From the NCBI GenBank assembly GCA_963788655.1, contig CAWBHS010000076.1:96001-160000 (forward strand): 64,000 nt of DNA, in the 5' to 3' direction. The stretch is from an uncultured Verrucomicrobiae bacterium. Its GTDB lineage: Bacteria; Verrucomicrobiota; Verrucomicrobiia; Limisphaerales; JAFGQR01. The notes beneath the pieces are model-generated. The model saw nothing but the letters and a program-made list of their open reading frames with translations. It was not told the DNA's origin and did no database searches. Made by a program: the position numbers and the translations under genes. Within the stretch, counting starts at the first letter, position 1. Every line of letters begins with the position of its first letter. Shown piece after piece: positions 23,438-33,245 of this stretch.

Positions 23438-23552
23438 GTAGGACAACCGTCTCGGCTGTTCCGAATGGGCAGGGCTGCTCGCCGGTTGACGGGTGTTCTG
23501 CACAGAGGAGATAAGCATTGGTCATTTGGGACAGGCGAGACGGTTGTCCTAC
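23438..23552. repeat. REP-doublet-like inverted repeat (family B)
   Basis: GTAGGACAACCGTCTCGGCTGTTCC and inverted GGGACAGGCGAGACGGTTGTCCTAC, 2 mismatches in 25. Confidence 0.85.
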
Positions 23553-23699
23553 GATGCTTGGTGCGGGTGCGGTGGCATTTCAGTGCCCGGGATGAAAATC
23601 GAAACGCCCCTTGACACTGCCTTTATTTCTTTCGGAAGATGCGGCTGCGTCCCCTGGATTCGATTCAGGGATGGATTGTCAATATGCGAAATCGAAATC

Positions 23700-25052
23700 A
23701 TGCAAACTCCAGCAACTAGCAGCGGCGGGCCAAAGCAAAGTATCTTTGAAGGAGTCACCCCCTATCACTGGCTGGTGGTCATCATCGCCTCGTGCGGCTG
23801 GCTGTTCGACTGCATGGATCAACGAATCTTCGCCCTGGCTCGGGAACCGGCGCTCACGGAAGTCCTGGGCAGCGAAGTGGCGGCTGCGTTGGTCAGAGAA
23901 TGGGGCGGTTGGGCGACGGCCTCGATGATGATCGGTTGGGCCACCGGCGGCATCATTTTTGGCATCATGAGCGACCGTTGGGGCCGGGTGAAGACCATGG
24001 TGTTCGCCTTGTTGGTGTACTCTGGGTTCACGGGGTTGTCCGGATTGTCGCGCACCGGTTATGAGTTCCTGTTCTACCGGTTTTTGGTCGGCCTCGGGGT
24101 GGGCGGCATGTTTGGGGCGGCCACGACGCTGGTGGCGGAGAGTGTGCCCGGGCGGTTCCGTTCGCTGGCCCTGGGATCCTTGCAGGCGCTTTCCGCCTGC
24201 GGAAATATTGTTGGCTCACTGCTAAGCACCCAGATTCAACCGAGCAAAGCGGATTTCCTCTTTGGGATGTCCGGTTGGCGGATCCTGTTTTTCGTCGGCA
24301 TCCTTCCCGCCTTGCTCGTGGTGCCCATTGTGATGGTCTTGCGGGAACCGGAAGTATGGAAGCAAGCCAAGCAGCGCGCCAAGGAAACGACGGACAAATC
24401 CAAACACATTGGCTCGATTCCCGATTTGTTCAAGCACCCCCGGTGGCGGCGCAATACGCTGGTGGGGGTGTGTCTGGGACTGGCCGGCATGGCGGGCTTG
24501 TGGGGCATTGGATTCTTTTCGCCGGAACTCATTTCCACCGCGCTGCACGGCGAATCGCAGCAGGTCATCGATACCGTGAAAGGTTATGGCACGGCGTTGC
24601 AGGATGTTGGCGCATTTCTCGGCATGATGACATTTACGATTGTCGCCACGTTCATCGGGCGACGCATTGCCTTTCTGGGCGCGTTCATTCTGTGCCTGTT
24701 TACCACGATTTTTGTCTTCAACAGTCTGCGCACCGGGACGGACGCGTATTGGATGCTGCCCATGATGGGGTTTGCGCAGCTTTCCGTGTTCGGTGGTTAC
24801 TCGATCTACTTTCCGGAATTGTTCCCCACTCGATTGCGCGGCACCGGTGTGGGATTCTGCTACAATACCGTGCGCTACTTGGCGGCTGGTTTCCCGCCGA
24901 TGTTGATGATTGCGAACCGGATGTTGCTGGAAAGCAATGTCGCCGAACCCTTCCGCAAGGCCGCCACGATTCTGTCCTTCATTTTCGTGCTGGGCATCAT
25001 CGCCCTGATCTGGGCTCCGGAAACCAAAGGCCAGCCGCTGCCGGAAGACTGA
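23700..25052 (+). CDS. MFS transporter
   Basis: About 12 hydrophobic segments, GIMSDRWGR motif A, PELFPTRLRGTG, PETKG. Confidence 0.93.
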   Translation: MQTPATSSGGPKQSIFEGVTPYHWLVVIIASCGWLFDCMDQRIFALAREPALTEVLGSEVAAALVREWGGWATASMMIGWATGGIIFGIMSDRWGRVKTMVFALLVYSGFTGLSGLSRTGYEFLFYRFLVGLGVGGMFGAATTLVAESVPGRFRSLALGSLQALSACGNIVGSLLSTQIQPSKADFLFGMSGWRILFFVGILPALLVVPIVMVLREPEVWKQAKQRAKETTDKSKHIGSIPDLFKHPRWRRNTLVGVCLGLAGMAGLWGIGFFSPELISTALHGESQQVIDTVKGYGTALQDVGAFLGMMTFTIVATFIGRRIAFLGAFILCLFTTIFVFNSLRTGTDAYWMLPMMGFAQLSVFGGYSIYFPELFPTRLRGTGVGFCYNTVRYLAAGFPPMLMIANRMLLESNVAEPFRKAATILSFIFVLGIIALIWAPETKGQPLPED

Positions 25053-25312
25053 ATGGGACTGGCGAGCAGTTCCAAGCTTCCACGATAAAGCTTATCGATC
25101 CCGTTGAATCCAGGCGGCTCGGTTGCGCCATCTTGGAACGGTCAGAAACCTCTGGATTACCTCTACCGGGTGCTTCGCAAATTGTTACGAGTCCGGCCAC
25201 GCCCCTTCAGGTCAGCAGCGAGGCGTCGTTGACGGCACCCGAGGCGGGCGCGTGCTTCCTGTCATCAATTATGTTTGCTGCTAACACTACAGCGACACTT
25301 TCACCGATAGGC

Positions 25313-25395
25313 GCGTGGCCTTTAGGCCGCTTCAAGCACCAAAGGTCAACCAGCGGCTTGCGGGATAGTCCGATGAAGCGGCGTAAACGCCGCGC
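25313..25395. repeat. Inverted palindromic pair (family D)
   Basis: GCGTGGCCTTTAGGCCGCTTCA and inverted TGAAGCGGCGTAAACGCCGCGC with compensatory stem changes. Confidence 0.7.
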
Positions 25396-25599
25396 TCCTG
25401 CCGCGATTCGACGGAACTGTCGCTGCATGTGCTAAGCCGCGCAGTTTCCTAACGCAAGTTCCTTCCAGATAAAGCCGGTCAAAACTCATCAAGTGTCTCG
25501 CGCCGGAGCAAAGAGTCTTCCGGAATGACTCAATCTTGGACACTTCTCTCGCCCTGCAAGTGGCTGAGTATCAATTGTCAAAAAAATGAGGAAGATGAC

Positions 25600-25626
25600 T
25601 GAGTGACTCCGGGGAAGTGCCGATGA
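25600..25626 (+). promoter_or_regulatory. Sigma28 (FliA)-type promoter of flagellin 1
   Basis: TGAG-N15-GCCGATGA versus consensus TAAA-N15-GCCGATAA. Confidence 0.7.
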
Positions 25627-25644
25627 TGTCAGTGTCGGTAAACA

Positions 25645-25766
25645 AGGTGATTGGCCACCTGCAAGGGCCAAAGGGTCAACCGATGGACGCCCGAAACACA
25701 AAGGTCCATCACGCGGAAAGGATGACGCTCGCAAGGGCACACCTGTAAAGGTGGCTCACGGAAAGA
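25645..25766 (+). ncRNA. Structured flagellin 5' leader, copy 1 (predicted tandem pseudoknots and two GGA-loop sites)
   Basis: Same stems and spacing as copy 2, with compensatory changes. Confidence 0.7.
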
Positions 25767-25776
25767 GTCAACATAT

Positions 25777-26586
25777 ATGGTTATTAATACAAACGTATCC
25801 TCAATTAGCAGCGCCCGGCTGCTGGCAGAATCCTCGACGATGCTGTCCAAGTCGCTGGCCCGTTTATCCTCCGGTTCAAAAATAGTGTCCCCGGAAGACG
25901 ACGCGGCCGGTTTGGCGGTCTCGTTGCGGTTTGATGCTCAGATCAACCGCACCAACGCAGCCAACGCCAATGTCGGCAACGCGATCTCATTCAGTCAGAC
26001 GCAGGATGGCTTCCTGCAAAAAGTCGGCAAAGCCCTGGATCGGATGAGCGAATTGGCCATCCTGGCCCAAGACGTGACGAAGACCGATGACGATCGTGAC
26101 CTCTACAACACCGAGTTCTCGACGTTGAAAGACTACATCAGCAGTACGTCGGGCAAGGACTTCAACGGAGTCAGCCTGTTCAGTGCCACCGCCCTGTCGG
26201 TGACCATTGATTCGGACGCTACCGCGTTCTCCATGTCGAGCGTCGATCTGAGCACCGGCGACATTTCCACCGCAATTGGCAGCGGGATTAACATTTCGAC
26301 CACGGCCGCGGCCGCGACGGCATTGACGAATGTGAAAGACGCGATTTCCGAGTTGGCCACGAACCGATCCACGGTCGGGTCCAACATTTCGCGGTTGACT
26401 TACACCAGCGAACAGTTGTCCGTCCTGCGGGACAATCTGGCGGCGGCCAACAGCCGGATCAAGGACGTTGATGTCGCTGACGAGAGCACGCAGTTTGCGC
26501 GCTACAACATTCTGGTGCAGGCGGGAACCGCCATGTTGGCGCAAGCCAACGCGGTGCCCAGCGCGGCCTTGCGTTTGTTGTCTTAG
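25777..26586 (+). CDS. fliC: Flagellin 1 (269 aa, D0/D1 only)
   Basis: INTN, RLSSG, DDAAG, SRIKDVDVA, AMLAQAN. Confidence 0.97.
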   Translation: MVINTNVSSISSARLLAESSTMLSKSLARLSSGSKIVSPEDDAAGLAVSLRFDAQINRTNAANANVGNAISFSQTQDGFLQKVGKALDRMSELAILAQDVTKTDDDRDLYNTEFSTLKDYISSTSGKDFNGVSLFSATALSVTIDSDATAFSMSSVDLSTGDISTAIGSGINISTTAAAATALTNVKDAISELATNRSTVGSNISRLTYTSEQLSVLRDNLAAANSRIKDVDVADESTQFARYNILVQAGTAMLAQANAVPSAALRLLS

Positions 26587-26623
26587 TCCCTGGCCCTTCT
26601 TCTCAACAGAAGTGAGCTAAATC

Positions 26624-26662
26624 CTCGGGCGGTGCCCTGGCGCCGTCCGAGTTTTGGTTTTT
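26624..26662 (+). terminator. Intrinsic terminator after flagellin 1
   Basis: CTCGGGCGGTGC / GCGCCGTCCGAG stem followed by TTTTGGTTTTT. Confidence 0.8.
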
Positions 26663-26680
26663 ATCCGGACGCCCTGAGTC

Positions 26681-26797
26681 GCGCTGAATGTCAGTGTCAA
26701 AACCGTGGAAGTCCACCGGCACCGGATCATGGAAAAGTTGAAAGTGCATAGTGTCGCGGAGTTAACCAAACACCTCATCCGCGAGGGCTTGACTGCG
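26681..26797 (+). pseudogene. LuxR/NarL-type HTH C-terminal remnant
   Basis: LNVSVKTVEVHRHRIMEKLKVHSVAELTKHLIREG with no receiver domain upstream. Confidence 0.75.
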
Positions 26798-26924
26798 CTC
26801 GGAACCGGCGGCCTCCAGGCACTCCTCCCGCCACGGAAAATCCCCCCGCGCCACTTCCTGGCACTTCACCGGGCTAAGCCGTATCCATTCAGTAGCTGGA
26901 GCAGCGATGACGCGATTCGGCGCG

Positions 26925-27057
26925 GTAGGACAGGCGTCTCGCCTGTCTCGAATAGCCCAAAACATCCTCACCGTTTGGTGACATGAAAAAACTCGCGGCG
27001 CCGTGATACAAGTTGTTGGTTTGCACTTGTTCGGGACAGGCGGGACGCCTGTCCTAC
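26925..27057. repeat. REP-doublet-like inverted repeat (family B)
   Basis: GTAGGACAGGCGTCTCGCCTGTC and inverted GACAGGCGGGACGCCTGTCCTAC, 1 mismatch in 23. Confidence 0.88.
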
Positions 27058-27488
27058 TGAATAGTCACGCCTACGGTCCGCGCACGCTCCGAGACGGCGG
27101 CCGCATCCGGCGGTCCCGTTCAGGAATCTGGCAACTTCCGATAAGGAAAACCGCAGCCGAAATAGGGTTTTCCCATGAAGAGATGGCCACGCTCTTGCTA
27201 CCCACAGCCGCATGAGTTGCTGGTCCATGAAGTCAATTGCGAAGGCGCTGAACACGTTGCGCCCCCGGGCGGTCCCGTCGGCTGGATCGCGCCATCCCGG
27301 CCGCTCCCGCCGTGCAAACTGAAGCGCAGCAACCCTCTCCAAAACCCCGCGGTAAGCCAAAACCAAACGAAGAATAACATGAAGCCAATCATACCAGACC
27401 ACAATATCGCGCTGGGAATCGGCGTGGGCATCCGGATGCCGGTGGGGCTTGGGGTGGTCCGCTAATTGAAGAAGGAAAGCGCCGAATT

Positions 27489-29915
27489 ATGGATGACATC
27501 ACGAAAGAGTTCCTCATTGAGAATTACGAAAACCTCGACCGGCTGGACCGGGATTTGGTCATGTTGGAAAAGGATCCGCACTCCAAGGAGACGCTGGGCA
27601 ATATCTTCCGCACGATTCACACGCTCAAAGGCACGAGCGGGTTCCTCGGCTTTGGCAAGTTGGAAGCCGTTGCCCACGTCGGGGAAAACCTTCTGAGCAA
27701 GCTGCGCGACGGCGTGTTGACCATCAACCCGGAGATAACCAGCGCCCTGCTGGCCATGGTGGACGCCGTACGTTACATGCTCGGCCAGATTGAGGCAACC
27801 GGCCAGCCGGGCGAAAATGCCTTCTCTGACTTGATCAAACGGCTCACGCGGTTAAACGAAGGGAACAGTTTGCCACCATTGGAAGCGGTCCCGGCGGATC
27901 CGGCGGCTGCAAGCCCCGCTGAGCCCGTGTCCGCAGGCAGCGAACCCGCCCAGCCGGTCGCCGCCAGCGTGGAAGTATCGCCCCTGACGGCCGTGTCAGA
28001 CGCTCCCGTTCCGACTTCCGAGAGCACGCCGCCTACGGTCAATGCTGCCGTTCCCGCGCCCATCCCTCCCGCGCCGGAGCCGGCATCCGTCGCCAGCGAA
28101 GCGCCCGAGGCACGCAACTCGGCCGTATCGGACAGCAACATACGCGTGGATGTTGGGTTGCTTGACAAGCTCATGAACCTGGTCGGGGAACTCGTGCTGG
28201 CCCGCAATCAAGTTCTCCAATACACCAGCCAGTGCGCGGACAGCGCCTTTCTCGCCACCTCCCAGCGGCTGAACCTCATCACGACCGAGCTGCAAGGGAG
28301 CGTCATGAAGACGCGTATGCAGCCCATCGGCAACGTGTGGGGCAAATTGCCGCGCGTCGTGCGCGACTTGGCGGCCGCCTGCGGGAAAGAAGTGCGCATC
28401 GAGATGGAAGGCCAGGAAACCGAGCTGGACAAGACCATCATCGAAGCCATCAAGGATCCCCTCACGCACATCGTCCGCAACTCGATTGATCATGGCATCG
28501 AACGGCCGGAGGCCCGCGCCGCGCACGGCAAGCCGGCGGAAGGCTGCTTGAAAATGCGCGCCTACCACGAAGGCGGCCAGGTGATCATCGAGATTAGTGA
28601 TGACGGCTGCGGCATCGATTACGAGCGGGTCAAGCAGAAGGCCCTTCAGCGCGGATTGGTCACCGCCGAACAGGCCGCCCGCATGAGCGATCACGAGTCG
28701 CTGCACCTCGTGTTCCTGCCGAGCTTGTCCACTGCCGAAAAGATCACCAATGTGTCCGGTCGCGGGGTCGGCATGGACGTAGTGAAGACCAACATCGAGA
28801 AGATCGGCGGCACCGTGGACCTGCAGAGCCAGCCGGACGAAGGCACCACGCTCAAAATCAAGATCCCGCTGACCCTGGCGATCATCCCGGCGCTGATCGT
28901 GACCAGCGGTGGCGACCGCTTCGCCATCCCGCAAGTCAGCTTGTTGGAGCTGGTGCGGCTCGAAGGGGAGCAGGCGCGGCAACAGATCGAGTCGATTCAC
29001 AGTGCGCCGGTGTACCGCCTGAGGGGCCAACTGCTTCCGTTGGTTTATCTCAACAAGGAGTTGAAACTCGACGCAACAAGCACGGCAAGTCCGCTCGGCG
29101 AGACGGCCGCCGAGTCGCGCCCCGTTGGGCTCTCAGGCGACAAGGATGTCACGTCAACTGGCGGGCAGGAGGCCGGCCCCTCTTCACACGCAGACGCGGT
29201 CAACATCGTCGTGCTGCAGGCCGACGGCCATCCGTTCGGCCTGGTGGTGGACGAAATCAATGACACCGAGGAAATCGTCGTCAAGCCCCTGGGCAAACAG
29301 CTCAAAGGAGTCGCTTGCTTCGCCGGGGCCACCATCATGGGCGATGGCCGCGTCGCCTTGATTCTCGACGTGCTGGGTTTGGCCCAAGGAGCCAGCGTGG
29401 TTACGGAGGTACGGGACCGGACGTTGTTGGAAAACACCGCGCAGACCCGCAAAACGACCGATCCGAGGCAGACCCTGTTGCTGTTTGACGCCGGCCAAGG
29501 CAGTCGGATGGCCATTCCGCTCTCGATGGTCGCCCGGCTGGAAGAGTTTCCGCCGTCATCCGTCGAGCATTCCGGCGCCCAGGAAGTGGTGCAGTATCGC
29601 GGGCAGATTCTGCCGCTCATCCGTGTCTCAAAACATGTCCCGGCCGTGAACGTTACGGCCAGCGACGACCCCCAACAGCCCATGCAGGTGGTGGTTTACG
29701 CCGAAGAAGGCCGCAGCGTCGGGCTCGTGGTCGGGCGCATCAGCGATATTGTGCAGGAAACCATCACTGTCAAGCGTCATGCCTGCGGCAACGGCCTCTT
29801 CGGCTCGGTCGTCATCCAGGACAAAGTGACCGACCTGCTCGACGTGCAGGCGGTCATCCGCGCCGCCGATCCGGCATTTTATGGCGGCAAGGATCTCGTC
29901 CAACTCGCGGCGTGA
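27489..29915 (+). CDS. cheA: Chemotaxis histidine kinase CheA with two CheW-like domains
   Basis: FRTIHTLKG Hpt, Pro/Ala linker, HIVRNSIDHG, SGRGVGMDVV, tandem CheW domains. Confidence 0.97.
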   Translation: MDDITKEFLIENYENLDRLDRDLVMLEKDPHSKETLGNIFRTIHTLKGTSGFLGFGKLEAVAHVGENLLSKLRDGVLTINPEITSALLAMVDAVRYMLGQIEATGQPGENAFSDLIKRLTRLNEGNSLPPLEAVPADPAAASPAEPVSAGSEPAQPVAASVEVSPLTAVSDAPVPTSESTPPTVNAAVPAPIPPAPEPASVASEAPEARNSAVSDSNIRVDVGLLDKLMNLVGELVLARNQVLQYTSQCADSAFLATSQRLNLITTELQGSVMKTRMQPIGNVWGKLPRVVRDLAAACGKEVRIEMEGQETELDKTIIEAIKDPLTHIVRNSIDHGIERPEARAAHGKPAEGCLKMRAYHEGGQVIIEISDDGCGIDYERVKQKALQRGLVTAEQAARMSDHESLHLVFLPSLSTAEKITNVSGRGVGMDVVKTNIEKIGGTVDLQSQPDEGTTLKIKIPLTLAIIPALIVTSGGDRFAIPQVSLLELVRLEGEQARQQIESIHSAPVYRLRGQLLPLVYLNKELKLDATSTASPLGETAAESRPVGLSGDKDVTSTGGQEAGPSSHADAVNIVVLQADGHPFGLVVDEINDTEEIVVKPLGKQLKGVACFAGATIMGDGRVALILDVLGLAQGASVVTEVRDRTLLENTAQTRKTTDPRQTLLLFDAGQGSRMAIPLSMVARLEEFPPSSVEHSGAQEVVQYRGQILPLIRVSKHVPAVNVTASDDPQQPMQVVVYAEEGRSVGLVVGRISDIVQETITVKRHACGNGLFGSVVIQDKVTDLLDVQAVIRAADPAFYGGKDLVQLAA

Positions 29916-29936
29916 CCCCCTCAACTCCACACCCCT

Positions 29937-30398
29937 ATGACTGACAACAAACAATTCGCAACGTTCTTCCTCAACGGCCTGTTCTTCGGCGTCGAAGTCC
30001 TCAAGGTCCAGGAGGTCATCCGTTACCAGGAGATGACCCGCGTGCCGATCGCGCCCACCATGGTCCAGGGTCTCATCAACCTGCGCGGGCAGATCATCAC
30101 CGCGATCGACTTGCGCCGCCGGCTCGAGATGCCGCTGCGCGCGGAGGGCCAGCTCCCCATGAACGTCGTTGTCCGCACGGAGGACGGGGCGGTAAGCCTG
30201 CTGGTGGACGAAATCGGTGATGTCGTGGAAATCCAGGACGATACCTACGAGCGGCTGCCGGAGACGCTCACCGGCGTGGCCCGCGAACTCATCCGAGGCG
30301 TCTATAAGCTCAAAGAGCGTTTGCTGCTCATTCTCGACATCGAGCCCACGGTCAACCTGCCGGGTGGATTCAAGCGCGCGCCGTCGCCCGGGACTTGA
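29937..30398 (+). CDS. cheW: CheW
   Basis: VQEVI, GLINLRGQI, LLVDEIGDV. Confidence 0.96.
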   Translation: MTDNKQFATFFLNGLFFGVEVLKVQEVIRYQEMTRVPIAPTMVQGLINLRGQIITAIDLRRRLEMPLRAEGQLPMNVVVRTEDGAVSLLVDEIGDVVEIQDDTYERLPETLTGVARELIRGVYKLKERLLLILDIEPTVNLPGGFKRAPSPGT

Positions 30399-30620
30399 CC
30401 GTCCTGCTTGAGATCCCCCATCGACCCAGCCGGAAGCTATGGACAACATCAAGATTGAAGGCGCTAAAAACTCTGCCCCATTGAATCGGCCAGGTAATGG
30501 GGAGGGCGGGGCTGGCCAGCCCCGGAACGGTCACCCCCTGGCGATTAAGTTCCCACTCCAAATAAACCAGCGAACTCGCTTATCGCACAAAACAATCCCA
30601 CAAAACAAATACACACTCCT

Positions 30621-32663
30621 ATGCAAACTACACTGATTGCCCCCAAGAAAAACGGTGGCACCGCCGTCCGCCCCACTGCTAAAACCGGGCCCGGCACCGT
30701 GCCCAATGAGGCCGAGCACGAACTGATGGAACTGCGCGGCCAACTCGCCGCCATCAACAAGGCCCAGGCCGTGATCGAGTTCAACCTCGACGGCACGGTC
30801 ATCACCGCCAACGACAACTTCCTGAAGACGCTCGGCTATTCGCTCGACGAAATCAAAGGCGAGCATCACAGTATGTTTGTGGAGCCCGCCCACCGCGCCA
30901 GCGCCGATTACAAACAATTTTGGCGCGACCTCAACGACGGCAAGTTCCAGGCGGCGGAATACAAGCGCATCGGCAAAGGGGGCAAGGAAGTCTGGATTCA
31001 GGCCTCCTACAACCCGATCTTCGACGCCGACGGCCAGCCGTTCAAAGTCGTCAAATACGCCACCGACGTGACCGCCACCAAGTTGCAGAACGCCGATTAC
31101 CAGGGGCAAATCGCCGCTATCGGCAAGGCCCAGGCCGTGATCGAGTTCAACCTCGACGGCACGATCATCACCGCCAACGACAACTTCCTGAAAACGCTCG
31201 GCTATCGGCTGGAAGAGATCAAGGGCCAGCACCACAGCCTGTTTGTGGAGCCCGCCTACCGCGCCAGCGCCGAGTATCAGCAGTTCTGGCGCGACCTCAA
31301 CGACGGCAAGTTCCAGGCGGCGGAATACAAGCGCATCGGCAAGGGGGGCAAGGAAGTCTGGATTCAGGCCTCCTACAACCCGATCTTCGACCTCAACGGC
31401 CGGCCCTTCAAAGTCGTCAAATACGCCACCGACGTGACCGCCAACAAGTTGCAGAACGCCGACTACCAGGGGCAACTCGCCGCCATCGGCAAGGCCCAGG
31501 CCGTGATCGAGTTCAACCTCGACGGCACGATCATCACCGCCAACGACAATTTCCTGAAGACGCTGGGCTATACGCTGGACGAGATCAAGGGCAAGCACCA
31601 CAGCCTCTTTATCGAGCCATCGTACCGCGCCAGCGCGGAATACCGAAATTTCTGGCGCGACCTCAATGACGGCAAGTTCCAGGCCGATCGTTTCAAACGC
31701 ATCGGCAAAGGCGGCAAGGAAGTCTGGATTCAGGCCTCCTACAACCCGATCTTCGACCTCAACGGCCGGCCCTTCAAAGTGGTGAAGTATGCCACGGACG
31801 TCACCGCGGCGGTGCAGCAGGAAGAAAGCCTCAAAGTCACCTTTGCCGGCGTCACTCAAAACGCCCAGGCCCTCGGGGCCGCCTCCGAAGAACTGTCCGC
31901 CAACAGCCAGCAAATGGTGAGCAACGCGGAAGAAACCGCCACCCAGGCGGGCGTTGTCTCGGCCGCGGCCGAGCAGGTCAGCAAGAACGTTCAAACCGTG
32001 GCCACCGGCACGGAAGAGATGAGTGCGAGCATCAAGGAGATCGCCAAGAACGCCCAGGACGCCGCCAAGGTCGCCGCCACCGCCGTCAAAGCGGCTGAGA
32101 CGACGAACGCGACGGTGACCAAGCTGGGCGAAAGCAGCGCTGAAATCGGCAAGGTCATCAAGGTGATTACTTCGATTGCCCAACAGACCAATCTGCTCGC
32201 GCTCAATGCCACCATCGAGGCCGCGCGCGCCGGCGAGGCGGGCAAGGGCTTCGCCGTCGTGGCCAACGAAGTCAAGGAACTGGCCAAGGAAACCGCCAAG
32301 GCCACCGAAGACATCAGCCAGAAAATCGAGGCCATCCAGTCTGACACCAAGAGCGCCGTCACGGCCATTGCCGAAATCAGCACGGTGATTAACAAGATCA
32401 ACGACTACCAGAACACCATTGCCAGCGCCGTGGAAGAACAAACCGCCACGACCAACGATATCAGCCGCAATGTGGCCGAAGCCGCCAAAGGCAGCTCCGA
32501 GATCGCGCAAAACATCACCGGCGTGGCCCAAGCCGCCAAGAGCACAACCGTCGGCGCCAATGACACGCAACAGGCCTCGGCCGAACTCGCCAAGATGGCC
32601 GCCGAACTCCAGCGACTGGCCAACCAATCGAAGCAATCCTCCAGATCCTCGGTTGCATCGTGA
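30621..32663 (+). CDS. Soluble methyl-accepting chemoreceptor with three tandem PAS/PAC domains
   Basis: No TM; three AVIEFNLDG...WIQASYNPI repeats; [27 protein letters not shown] hairpin. Confidence 0.95.
   Translation: MQTTLIAPKKNGGTAVRPTAKTGPGTVPNEAEHELMELRGQLAAINKAQAVIEFNLDGTVITANDNFLKTLGYSLDEIKGEHHSMFVEPAHRASADYKQFWRDLNDGKFQAAEYKRIGKGGKEVWIQASYNPIFDADGQPFKVVKYATDVTATKLQNADYQGQIAAIGKAQAVIEFNLDGTIITANDNFLKTLGYRLEEIKGQHHSLFVEPAYRASAEYQQFWRDLNDGKFQAAEYKRIGKGGKEVWIQASYNPIFDLNGRPFKVVKYATDVTANKLQNADYQGQLAAIGKAQAVIEFNLDGTIITANDNFLKTLGYTLDEIKGKHHSLFIEPSYRASAEYRNFWRDLNDGKFQADRFKRIGKGGKEVWIQASYNPIFDLNGRPFKVVKYATDVTAAVQQEESLKVTFAGVTQNAQALGAASEELSANSQQMVSNAEETATQAGVVSAAAEQVSKNVQTVATGTEEMSASIKEIAKNAQDAAKVAATAVKAAETTNATVTKLGESSAEIGKVIKVITSIAQQTNLLALNATIEAARAGEAGKGFAVVANEVKELAKETAKATEDISQKIEAIQSDTKSAVTAIAEISTVINKINDYQNTIASAVEEQTATTNDISRNVAEAAKGSSEIAQNITGVAQAAKSTTVGANDTQQASAELAKMAAELQRLANQSKQSSRSSVAS
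30738..31805 (+). repeat. Three near-identical 366-bp PAS-coding tandem units
   Basis: Identical motifs recur at +366 and +732. Confidence 0.9.
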
Positions 32664-32873
32664 CTCAGCCACACGGGAACAATGCCACCCTGCGATCTGA
32701 GGCTTCCCGGGCCTTCAGGCGCTGCGTCGGCGCGCGCAGAAATGCGCTCGTCGGCGCCCGCCAAGTGGCGTCTCAGGCCCCCAACCCGGGGCTAAACCCC
32801 GCTCCCCGAAGCCGCGCGGCTTGGCCCTCCCTCCAGTCAACGGCTGAATCAGTTTCAAATCATAGGAAAGCAG

Positions 32874-33239
32874 ATGCGCGCACTCGTAGTTGATGATTCC
32901 AAAGCCATGCGAATGATCCTGGGAAGATCTCTCAAAGAAATCGGTTTCCAGGTCACGGAGGCGGGCGACGGCCGGGAAGCCCTCGCCCGCCTGAACCAGG
33001 GTGAGGCGGTGGACTTGTTGCTCGTGGACTGGAACATGCCGGTGATGAATGGATACGAACTGGTTTGTGCCGTTCGCGCCAATGTCCTCCTCGGCAACGT
33101 CCGCATTATGATGGTTACCACCGAAACCTCCATGAGCCAGCTCGAACAAGCTCTGGCCGCCGGGGCCAACGAATACCTCATGAAGCCGTTCACCAAAGAA
33201 CTGCTGCTCGAAAAACTCGCCTTGCTGGGCCTGAATTGA
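32874..33239 (+). CDS. cheY: CheY
   Basis: VVDDS, DWNMP, MVTTE, KPFT. Confidence 0.93.
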   Translation: MRALVVDDSKAMRMILGRSLKEIGFQVTEAGDGREALARLNQGEAVDLLLVDWNMPVMNGYELVCAVRANVLLGNVRIMMVTTETSMSQLEQALAAGANEYLMKPFTKELLLEKLALLGLN

Positions 33240-33245
33240 ACCGCT

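Noticed and set aside
25640..25690. Resemblance of TTGGCCACCTG...CAACCG to the c-di-GMP-II riboswitch core
   Set aside because: The GCAC/GTGC pseudoknot and kink-turn elements are not evident, so it is not called as that family; left for a cmscan test.
27198..27431. Small hydrophobic minus-strand ORF before cheA
   Set aside because: No family motif and uncertain start; cannot support it as a gene.
30531..32672. 713-aa antisense ORF and many other long opposite-strand ORFs (e.g. 1822-3495, 17617-19491, 33974-35833, 46027-47631)
   Set aside because: Shadows of well-supported genes in GC-rich, codon-biased DNA; no recognisable motifs.
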